Part shown: one piece after another, positions 47,401 to 59,400 of the stretch | How the letters are laid out: each line of letters starts with the position of its first letter | Position numbering within the stretch: the first letter of the stretch is position 1 | Source of the DNA: Antedon mediterranea | Lineage: Eukaryota > Animalia > Echinodermata | NCBI RefSeq assembly: GCF_964355755.1 | Contig: NC_092676.1 | Span: 8,037,888-8,101,887 of the forward strand | Direction of reading: 5' to 3' | DNA length: 64,000 bases | Translations under genes and position numbers: made by a program | Notes under the pieces: generated by a model | What the model saw: the letters and a program-made list of their open reading frames with translations, nothing else | Database searches by the model: none | What the model was told of the DNA's origin: nothing

Positions 47401-50400
47401 ATCTGAAATTTTAAATGTCAACTATGGGGTACCAAAAGGCTCAATTCTTGGCCCTTTGTTGTTTATTTTATACATAAATGACTTACATTATAGTGTTGAT
47501 GGGATTTGTAAAACAGTCCTCTATGCAGACGACACTGCGCTTTTTTATGCATGTAAATCAAATGAAGAGCTTACAACAGTTTTAACTGAACAGTTGGAAA
47601 ATGTAAAACAATGGTTAGATATACATAAATTAACTCTAAACATTGATAAAACCAAATACATGCTTTTTGGTACTAATGCACGTGTTAATAAAACAACAGA
47701 TGAAACAGTAATTGTTGACAACATTCCGATTGAGAAAGTTGAAACGTTTAAATATTTGGGACTTACATTTGATGAACAACTTTCATGGAAAGTAAATATT
47801 GATTCTATATGTGCAAAACTATCAAAAATTCTACACCTATTTTATAGATTGAAAAGTTTTACATCTCCTAAAATTATTAAAAGATTATACAATGCTCTAT
47901 TTTTATCACATATTGACTATTGTTCAACACTCTGGGGTACTGGTTCAAACGCCCATATTTTAAAATTGCAAAGGGTACAAAATAGAACTGCACGATTAAT
48001 ACTAGGTGCTGATATTCGAAATCCTGTTAGACAAATGCATTATGATTTAGGTTGGCTAACAATTAAGACAAGAATTGAATATCATACAATTTGTACAATA
48101 TTTAGATGTTTACAAGAATCTGTACCTTCATACTTATGTGATGTTTTGCAATATATTAGTAGTGTACACAATATTCAAACCAGAAACTATGAAAATAATC
48201 TGTTGTATTTGCCCAGATGTACTGTAACCTCGAAATATACAAACGTAGTTTTGTTTATTATGGAAGTTCACTCTGGAATGGCCTACCTTATGAATTAAGA
48301 AAACAAAACAATTATAACCGTTTTAAATCACTTGTTAAGATTCATTTATTGTTGCCGGTGGTCTAGGATGGTTGCAGTGAAATATATTTAAATATGGTAT
48401 AAAAGTTATAATAATAATGAGAACATGCATTGAAGTTTAGTTTAAGTTTAGTTTAAGTTGTTTTCAAATTTTGTTTAAATGTGCCGTAGGGCCCCTCGGA
48501 AGAGCAGTTTTATTTTATTACTTAGAGGGCTACCCTACTGAAAGAAAACGAAATAAAATAAAATAAAATAAACTATTACCACATTGGGCCTGTTTCTGCT
48601 GCAACTGCTCAAAATTCATTCTTTTTACCCAAATTTCCATTCATTTATTTGGTCGATAATTAAAAGTCGCAATACACAAAGTTCTACGCCTCACTTTCAA
48701 TTTTTTTTCAAGTATTTTTTATTGGCAGCAGAAATGGTTACAGAAAATACGGTATATATTTGAAAATACCATATTTTATCAACAAATTTGGTGGGGAAAA
48801 TACGGTATACAAAATACGGTATTTTTTTATGAGCGCCATTTCCGCTGCCAAAAAAATACCATATATATACGGTATTCAAAAAATACCGTATTAAATACGG
48901 TATTTATTTGGCAGCAGAAACAGGGCCACTGATATTCCCTTTTAAAATCATTGATGCTTGAAATACTGAAAACATCTCCACCCTTAGCTTTTCACTTAAT
49001 TAAATGTAATCACTGATACATATAATTTGTTTAATACACTGAAATGGTATAAAAACAATGTGGTATCTTTGGAAACAACTAGACACTAAAAAAGACAAGA
49101 CAATTGGTTACACATCATCAAACAATTAAACTGTTTTGACCACACACCTGTAACAAATGATGATCCATTCAATAATTTTGATGTATGTAACTTTTTATTA
49201 TCGAATTGTTTTTAATTGTCTAGTTAGATGCTCACATAATTGAGAAAACTTGTGACGGTCTGTGCACCTTTAATTGCTGGTTTAACGGAATTTAATTTCT
49301 ACAACATCAATCAATGACTGTGTCACTTCTTGTTCACGCATGCCAAAACATATATCTAAACAAAATTTCATGTCATCTAAATTTGCAAATCTCCTTTCAA
49401 TGTCTTCATTCTCAAGCAAAATTTTTGCTTTTATATAACATATAAAAAATATTGGGTTTATCCAAAATTCATTATGTAATTGTTGTAAGTTGAGAAATTC
49501 AGATATATCCTCATCAATGGACCAACCAGTAGTACCAGAGAATGCTTTTGTAACCCATATTTTTTTCAACCTACATAACATATGCCTGTCTCTTTTTATT
49601 TCATCAAGTACTGGTTCAAAATTTGCTAGCATCTCTTTCACTTGTTCATGTTTACCCATTAAGTAATAACATTTAATCACATTAATTTGGGTACTTATAC
49701 ATTTGTAGTTGGTACAACACCAATTAGGGCACACCATCTCTGATCCTAATATATAATAGCATAATGGCCAATGGAGGTGATTATCAAGATTATTAGAGGC
49801 ATTAGGCTGAAATGCTGCTAACAACATTGTATATTCATCCCCTAATGTACAATACAAATGATGTTTAAAAATGATGCTGTAGCCTTTTGGTACTAACTCG
49901 TCAATACATGATGAGATTGAAAATAATATGTCATCTAGTTTCTGTGTTTCTAATGAAAGAAATTCATGATTCTCTAATTCAGCCAATTGCAAGATTGGAA
50001 AACGTAATGTAGTTAAAACTATATTTACTTTTCTGTTTATGTAATAAGTTGTTTTGACCGTCATTTTTTTAATATCCTTCAATGCAAATTGGTTGTGTAG
50101 CAATTTAGACTCAATTCTTGTAAAGTCATTACTATTGGTCGTTGAGATGTCCTTTTCCAGGAAAGTATCCATAAAGGGATCATTATCAATAGCAATACTT
50201 GACATAACTTTACACCAAATATCTTCTTTAACTTTCTTTAAAAAGACTATCACATCTTCACAACGTTCCTTTGATAAATGTCCAATTAAATTTTGTTCAG
50301 GAATAAAATAATGAGGAAGGCATTTTTGTTGAAAGCAATCTATCAGCCAATCAAGCGTCTTCCTGATCAAGTCCATAGTACTATGACCTTTAGGAGGAAC

Positions 50401-53400
50401 TGTCTCACACATCCAGAAGCAAGCCGTCTTAATAAAGTAAGAACAGAATGGTGTTGGAGAATCAGATTCACTATACAAGTCAAGATGCCTTTTTCTTATT
50501 GCTCTAAGGGCACATATGCACATTGAATATGGTTTACTAAGTTCAAAACAGAGTTCTTTTTCTGCAACAGAAAATGACAATCTCCATTCAATTTCTTTTG
50601 ATGCGGTACATGGGTGTCCAACTCCAACAACCAGAAGATCAAGATCAGAAACCTTTTTTAATACCCCACTTGATGGCCAGTTATTTAGTCTTTTTCTTGT
50701 GAAAAATTCTTGAGAAAACAACGGCCATGACTGGCATTGCAAACTGAATGTAATTTCACTAGGTTTGGAATTACTACACAATACTTTCAGTGAAGGACCA
50801 TGTCTTCGAAAAGAAGAAGAAGGATCTAATCCAGTAAGTTTGCTAGTCTCTATGAAATCATTGTTCACTATATATCCATCCTTAACAGTATTTATTAAAG
50901 ACTCATGCAAAGGTCTGTTACTGTTTACTTTAAGCTTTAAATAAACTGGTTCATTTGGATTCTGCTCAGCTATTACATAACCACCTTTGTGATACATCCT
51001 TTCTATTTCAAATGGCCACAATACAACTGGATACTGAGTATAATTATACATTAAATCTATATCTGCACAAACTTCTTTAGGCATCGATTCAAAGAAACTT
51101 CCTACTAAATATACATGACGTGATATCCATGGTAATTGTTGATAAACAGCATCACATTGTTTCTGTTGAATTCTATTTCTAGCAATGTCAAGGTGTTGAG
51201 TTGACATTACGCATTTAAGTAACATATCTGCAATTCCATCTACACGTTTTCTAATTGATTTAATATCCTCGGCTCTCATAAATATAAATTCTATTGCTAA
51301 AAGTACAATCCATCCTATAGCTTCCCATAATGAGTTACATCGGTAACGGAGGATATAAACAGCAATCTTAAACCTCAATGGTTGAATATAATAATTAATT
51401 CTCCAATAATTAAAAAAAATGTCTATTAAAAAAAGTTCAATACATAGTACAGACTCCCAAATGGATTGATAGATGAAAACTAAAAGTGCAATCATACACT
51501 GTGTTAGGTAAAATTGTGGCTCTATGTTTAAGATAAGTAGAATTGACAAGATGATCCATTCAAATAATATAGTTTCCAATTGGTCACGTCGGTAATAGTT
51601 AAATATAAAAACAGCAAACGAAATGCTTATTGGGCCAATATCAAAATTACTTTTCCATTTATGTATGATAAATTCTATTGCCCAAGCTCCGATCCATAGT
51701 ACATACACACCAAAAGTTGTTTCTAATAACATTTTACAAAGCCAGAAGCTAAATGTATTAATTACAGCAATCTGAAACACTTGATACGGATCCTGATGTT
51801 GAATAATTCTTCCAATAGCAGAAAAACCAAAGATCATTAATAATCTTAATAACTCCATAATCAAAATGACAAAATGAATACCAATTATCATTAGAAAATT
51901 TAGTTTTCATGACCGGTTTTACCACTTCTTAAATTCTTGTTTGTTTACAGCAATTACCCTAGAGACATTGATTATGGAACTAGGCCTATGTTGGATTTTC
52001 CATTGCAGATACTGTATAGATATCTGATACATATTGATTCATTGATGACTTCTTTCAAATCATTAATGATGCTTGGCATTCTTTGTTATGGAAACACCAC
52101 ACGTTGTTGTTTGAATAAATTCTATTGCCCAAGCTCCGATCCACAGTACATACACACCTATACTCGTATCTAATAACATTTCCAAAAGCCAGATGCGAAA
52201 TGTACAAATTACAGCAATCTGAAACACTTGATACGGATCCTGATGTTGAATAATTGCTACAATAGCATACAAACCGAAGATAATAAACAACTCCATAACC
52301 AAAAAGGCAAAGTGAATACCAATTATTTATAGAAAGTTTTCATGATAATCACAACTGATTTTACCACTCCTTAAATGCTTGTTTTTTTTTTAACTATGTT
52401 AGATTTTCCATTACAGCTATATATAAATATTGCTTTGTGTAATGACCTTTATAAAGTCATTGATGCAAGGCATTCTTAGTTATGAAAACACCACACTTAG
52501 TTGTTTGACTAAAGTCAGACTTAGTTTAGTCATATTAAAAGTTAAAACGTATTTCCAAAATGTACTATTTTACTGTGTTGTTTTACTGTTTGAAGTATTT
52601 GCTTTTACTTTTAGTTGAATTCAACTGGATTGTTTAACAACAATGTCATTGTACTAAACTAAACTAAACTTTTTTATTATTATTAATATACTGTAACATA
52701 ACAAGCAGCATGAACATTTTTCATTTAAAGGGGGGTTCCGGGTTTAAAATGAATAGTAAAAAATGTAAAATATATTTGTTTGTCTCTTGAACGGTAAAAG
52801 TTTCAATTTATATAAGCGCCCAGTGAAGCAGAACGAGGGCTGTGAAATCAGGCCAGATTACAAGTGCAGCTACGGCAAAATCACACTGTGGTTACAGAAT
52901 AGGAAATTCGTGAAATGGTCAATCTTCCGACGACTCGTTATCATTAACCATATCAATTACTTTTGTAAAATTATACTTATCTGATGTAATTTTAGTTGGT
53001 CTTTCCATTTATAAAGTCAATTTTCTATGAAAATCCATCAAAACAGTGAAAAATTAGATAGGTTTGCACTTTACGTTTGCCGATTTTCGCACTGACTTAG
53101 GGAAAGCCTTCAAAATCAATGAAGCGTAACGTATACATTCCTGCTGAGCGAGGAGGAGAGCGAGACGACGATACACGTGCTCTCTCTGCCCCATGCCTGG
53201 CATCGTCACGTGATAAGCAGATACAGTATACAATACCAAACTGGTCGGGTCGAGTATACCCCGTCTATAATCACAACATGAACGATGTACAGTATTTGAT
53301 TGAAGGTCGACTCGACTTACCGGAATGGTATAGATAATATAGCTCGAATGAGAGAGTTAGAATATTTGTATAAACATAAGTATTGCTAATTTTAACAAGT

Positions 53401-56400
53401 GTAGCCTATATAGTAAAAGGCCTGGTAGTATCAATTCGCATAGGGTCTACTACAACACTAGCTAGCTCAATTTTTAACTGGGCCGGATCGGCTAGGAGGT
53501 CTACTTGCTTGATGCAGTATCCGCTTTTTTGGAGAGTAAACTAGGCCTAGGCCTATTTTTTTAGGCCTACTTATTAATTAGACGATCGGGACACTATACG
53601 TGCGGACGGCGATCGGACCTTTGTTTTGCCTCAATATTTACAACCGATTTTGTAGAACGTTTTAAGTTTAGATTGTTTAGGAGTTTGGTTGATAGGATGG
53701 GTTTGGAATCCACTGAGTTTTGTTATTTATGGGCCAATCGTTTAGTAGTAGGCTAGCTAGGCCCATAATGGCCCCAATGTTTTAACGTAGCCATCGTGGC
53801 ATGGAATCCCTAGTCAGAAATGGCTCTCACCTATGAATGAAATGATTTAGGCTAGGCCTAGCCTAGTACGTGAAGCCGATATACGATCTGTACTACTCCG
53901 TAATCTGTACTAAATTTTGTATTTCATTAAATGTCAAATAAATATATGCTACACTTTAGGCCCAGCTCAGAAAATCTACAAAAAATGTATTTCACAATGA
54001 TCGGGTGGTCGTCGTTTGACAGGGGAGAGAGAACACAACGTACAAGAAGCTTGACGTCGCGAGTTTGGAATCCACTGATGACGTGATTTTGTGAATATCT
54101 CATGAATATTAATGAGCTTCCCTAAGCTGCTGAAAAACAGACTTTCCATGAATTTACCCTAAAATGTATATGAAATTTAATTTTTTTAATTTCTCGTTAT
54201 TACTTCTTCATTCTGACATGTCTATATTGTTATAATATTTTGTATTTAATAAATAAACGATATTTAAAAGCAATTTTAAACCCAGAATCCCCCTTTAATC
54301 TGCACTATAATTTAATTGTTAAAGACATGTATAATATATGTTCTAACAAGTCATACTGTAACTCAATCAGTCAGAACATCATGTGATATTACTGACTAAT
54401 GCGTGATTGTAAAACTGTTGCTTTATTCCAAAATCTGACACATTCGATTCAAGTTTGAAGCAGGCAATTAATAAAAAAAAAATTACTTTAGAACAGTAGT
54501 TATTAAAAATAGTGAATATTTATGAGTTGAATAGGCAGAATAATTTCATGACTAATAGTTCTATTGGACAGTCAGGTTACCAATACATATCCATTCCATA
54601 TCTATCTATCTCTACAATTCAAAATTGTTGAGAATTCGATATTATTATATGAAAATAGGTACTTATTTTTAATGGTTTTAAACATGGAAATAATTGATAA
54701 AAAATGATATAAAGTAGGATACAGTAGAACCTGTGTTTTACGTACCCTGATTTTACGTTCCCTTGATTTTACGTACGCTTAAAATAACCGATGACGTCAT
54801 CATTTTCTTACATTGAGGGCGCAATTTAACAACAACAAAGCACAACAAAGCTGTGGCTGTGTGTGTGTACGTGTGTGAGAGGAATTCTGCTGTGTGTTTG
54901 AGACAAGCTACGCACGTGCATTTAAGCAGCGACTGTTTTTATTGATAGAAAATAAAAGAACATTGATATTTTACACTTTATTTAAACATCTCACACTTTA
55001 TTTAAACATCTCACAGCCTGTATATACTGTACAGTACTGTACTTTTCTTAGGCCTCACATCTTGCTAGGCCTGCTAGCCTGGCCTGAATAGTCTAGGCAA
55101 GGCCTAGCTAGTGACAACCTGCATGCTGTTCAGTAAAGTAGACAAACAGGGTAGCCTTTATAGCTACGGTCTCTACGTATTTGGGGTCAATTTAAGGTCA
55201 ACCTTGATTTTACGAATCCTTTGTTTTACGTACGCCTTTCGGTCCCGTACCGTACGTAAAATGGAGGTTCTACTGTATACATCATCATTTTTTTTAAAAT
55301 GAAACATGAACAATTTTATAAGAAAGTAATTTGGCTGCATAAATGTGACATGACCATGTGCGACTAGGCACTAATACTCAAAAGAGGTTTTAGCTTTTTT
55401 ATTTTGTGGCCTAAAATCCGGTTCCCGGAAGCAAATCCAGCTGGACCAACGTAATAAAATAGTATGAGGTAAGAACAATTTTTAAAGACCCCTTCCCTGC
55501 AATTTTGGACGTTTTTTGGAAAATAATACATATATATCACTTTAAAAACATTAAACCATGTCATTCCTTGTCTTAAATGTACGTTTTATGGTAAATTATG
55601 ATAAAAAGTGAGAAACAATGCACTACCTAAGTAGCTCGCGGCGATCGACCTCTCGTGGACGGTCTTAGGCCTAGCCTAGCTAGGCTTAGTTTTGTAGGCC
55701 TAGCTGGTAAACATCGGTAACGTACGAACATCGTACGCGAGCTATATACCTAGCCTGACGTTGTATAGTTGCTGCATTAATTGTCTTTCTATTTTTGCCA
55801 GACTCCGTTGATACAAATTGGGGAAAACCCGGTATTTTCGCTGAAAAGTTAGGAGTCTTCCATTTGTTTTGGCCTCACGATCGATCGAAAAGTGGGCGAA
55901 TTACAGGTGAAAAACAAAAATATCAATCCGCGCGCAATGCATTTTGGGATTTATAGCGGGCCGCTATAATTATTAGAATCGACTTATTTTTCACATTTTT
56001 AACCGTTTTAAAGACGAAAAAAGTTATCGCAATAGGACCATATAGTATTATTTTTACATTAAATATAGTTTGTGATCTTAAATTAGATCTAAAAAACGTA
56101 GGGAATGGGGCTTTAAGAATATGTACCTGTGCTTCCCTGGAAATTGCATTATAATTTATTTGGAAGGTATTAAGTGCATGCTGATGATCCACCAAAATTC
56201 AGCCCAGTTCCTGGATCACTGACCGTGAGGTCGTGGTTCGAATCCAACTCTCACCGCATTGCTTGTATCCTTAGGCAAGGTAATTTACTTACATTTGCCT
56301 CTCTCCTCCCAGGTGTATAAAATGGTTATCGGTTAGATCAAGACACTTGCGCCGAGTAATGGGAGTATAACATACATGTTTAATAAAAAAAAAATGGCCC

Positions 56401-59400
56401 GGTAACAATGCTATGTAAAGCGCCTTTGAGCATGATTACTCATGAAAAGGGCGCTATAGAAATGTGGTATTATTATATTACTACACACCGCATCAATTGC
56501 ATTTGGTATGTTTACGATAATTTTCGGCAAGCTCCTCAAACCACATAGGCCTAACACATAACCATGTAGGCTAACATCAAACACAATAAATATTATCTCG
56601 ACATTTTACTTCTTGTTGTAAGCTGCGCAAGGCGCTTTTGACATATCATCATATTTTTTTTTCAAGCCACAAATGTTTCAGCGCATAGTTTGTGGAAAAT
56701 CGCCGTCGTTTTACACAGCAATGAAAATATATTTTGTACGAAAGATTAAAATTTTTCTGTCATTGAATCTTTTTTTCAAACTTCCAATAACATTTTTTTT
56801 TAATGTTTAAAGCTACAATCTTTATTAATATGAAAATATATTTTTTAATTGTTATGCTATACAGTAAAAAAAATGAACAATTCTAAAATCTTACCTTAGC
56901 TGAAGCAGGTGTGTTTGGTGTCTCTCGACCGGGAGCTGTAGCTCTCTGTTTAACTGAATTGATTGGCGAAAGCGATAACAATTTTTCAGGAAACACGGCA
57001 CTCTCACATTGGCTGGACTGGATATAGTTCATACTAGGACTAGATTCAGAAGTCGTTGAACCTGCTGGTAAAAACAATTTACGACGGAGGGATGACGTTG
57101 ATAAAATCTCATTCATGCTGCCTTGTTGGTAACTGTAGAAGGAAGCTGAGAACAATAATAAACAATGTAGTTATATTACATGATAATGCATATAACCTAA
57201 TAAAAAATACATGTTATTTATGATTGGGTTATGGCTTTACCCTGTTGAAACATCGGTTCTTGTCAGATCACCGAAGTTAAGCAGCGTTGGGCCTGGTTAG
57301 AGCTTATGGGAGACCATCTGGGAATATTTGGTGCTGAATGGAGCATGGGTTCCATTAGGCATTTGGAACCAGCGCTGCTGACTGATGTCAGCCTCTTCAT
57401 CTAGCGGCAATAAAGACTCATCAATTTTATGTATTATGAACACGTTAATATAAACAAATATAATATCAACCGACACTAGGCCTATATAGTATAACACGAA
57501 CCAACTAATACTAAGCAGTGGCGGATCTAGGGGGGGTGAATAGGGTGGCTAGCCACCCCCCTTAATTCTCAAAAAAAAAAAAAAAAGATGCAACCTAATC
57601 GCGATTGACCGTCGCTAGACGTGGATTAATCTTTTAATTAAGAAGAGTACTAGGCCTAGCTAGGCCCTACTAGAGCTAGGGTTAGCATTAATAGTTGTGT
57701 GTAAATAGGCCTACACAGTGAAAGAGCTAAGAGTTCAATTACTATTATGAATTCAAGAGTTTAAAAAGAAAACACGATTTACAATCTTCGGAAAGTACCC
57801 ACTTTCAAAACACACGCACTCCTAAAACTACCAGCGTCACGTTGTCAAGCTCGCTCCTCGTTTTAATGCTGACGTCATCACTCTCCAAAATACACCATTT
57901 TCCATTGCAGTTAATTTCCGCCGCCCTGGTGGTCCGTGTGTGCACAAGCGTTAGCGTGGTATATTTACACCCCTGAGTGGAGTGTAATATCGGGAACTTT
58001 TTTCTCGCGCATGAAAGTTTTTTGTATAATATTATGGTATGCAGTATAAACGATAAAAATAAACGAGAAACATGGTGTTCTTTTATTATTTTATAGGCAT
58101 AAAATAAACATGAAATGTCTTGTATGTACACGGCGGGACGGCCGAAAAAAGTATGTGGCGTATTTGGCGTTTTTTTATTTGTGTTATAGACACGGCGATT
58201 ACTGCGATCATTGTATACCAAATTACATTGAGTTATTCACCCGGCTGTAGGGTATATATCTCTGAGGTTAACAGACCACCAAAACACGGTACACACAACA
58301 CATGCACTCTCTATCGAGGCATTTTCGGAGTACCGCATTACCAAATGTTCATTTTGTTTGAAGGTTTTTCGATCAAAGTTTATTATTAGTTCGTCGAAAA
58401 AGATCCGTACAGTATTTAGGAAGGATGTATTTAAATTTACATTATGTAATATTTGTTATTAAGTGTGATGGAAACAGTTTCTCTAGCCTATTAAACAGTG
58501 TGTAAGCATCTATTTTTTCAAAAATTTTCGGAGCCTCGGGAGGGGGACACCCCCTCCGGAACCCTACCCCGCTCGGTGCGTAGCACCTCGTTTGCCACTT
58601 TCGTGGCCACCCCCCCTCGTCAGATCCTAGATCCGCCACTGCTAAGTGAAAACAATGTCTCTCGATAGGGCGCAAGGTGGCGCACTGTAACAACAATAAT
58701 ACACGAGTATGTGTGAGTGTGATGGCGTAGTATCTGCCTCAGATGTATTGGCCCATGCCTTTCCTCTAGTCAAGGTGGGATGAGATCAATGATCAATGTT
58801 AGGACCAATCAAGGTGCTTTAAACAGTCCTGGCTTAGTTTCATCCGTTATTCAGATGAATGTAAAACTAATTGACATTGTCGTTCACGAGAGACGTGGGG
58901 CATAAACAAAATACCTAACATTTCTGGTTTTCTAAAATGCCTGATGAAAGAATTTTGAACCTTTGAGACAACTAAAATGTATATTTAGTCTGAATAACTA
59001 ATAATGGTAGGTATGGTTGAGAATTTATTGGCAATTTGGTTGTTATGCTATCCGACCATCTTCAGGAGAAAATCAGTTTAATTAGCATTGGAGGTATACC
59101 AAAATGTAAAAAAAATATAATGGAAGACTTTTTAAAAGTGTAGTCAAATAATTAATTACCATTCATTTCGTAATTTTAATATTAAGTTTAATTTATTGTT
59201 TTAATATAATAAATTTGAATGCACTCTCTTTTACAAATATGTGCTGCTGATCTAAAAGCAAAATAAAGTTTTGAGTTTCAGGGCATTATAACTTTTGCTA
59301 AATATGCATGGAAAAATAGAGGGTGCTATTAACAAAACCTTAGGCATCAGCTTAGGAAAACAATGGACATTTTTTAAATAAGCTATGTATGTTTGTTATA

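Larger units (their letters stand above)
44046..48570 (+). mobile_element. Full-length, disrupted non-LTR retrotransposon (L2/Crack/CR1 group)
   Basis: ORF1 plus APE-RT ORF2, 3' stem gtagggccc...gggctaccctac, (AAAAT)n tail and an AACTA target duplication; the empty site is seen in the paralogous flank at about 27030 (tattaactattaccacattg). Confidence 0.92.

Noticed and set aside
15303-50713. Many short plus-strand ORFs recurring across the cluster (e.g. ...SLFISSSTGSNF..., MALRAHMHL...)
   Set aside because: They are antisense shadows of the conserved minus-strand cGLR codons and recur only because the genes are paralogous.
21297-51891. Bacterial CBASS operon or horizontal transfer as the origin of the intronless NTase genes
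   Set aside because: The motifs (EWRLSFS, LPHYFIP) are of the animal Mab21/cGLR type, composition matches the host, and there are no Cap effectors or operon structure.
53054-53337. Short ORFs inside the TTAA-flanked element as a possible transposase or THAP gene
   Set aside because: No recognisable catalytic or zinc-finger motifs; treated as non-autonomous.
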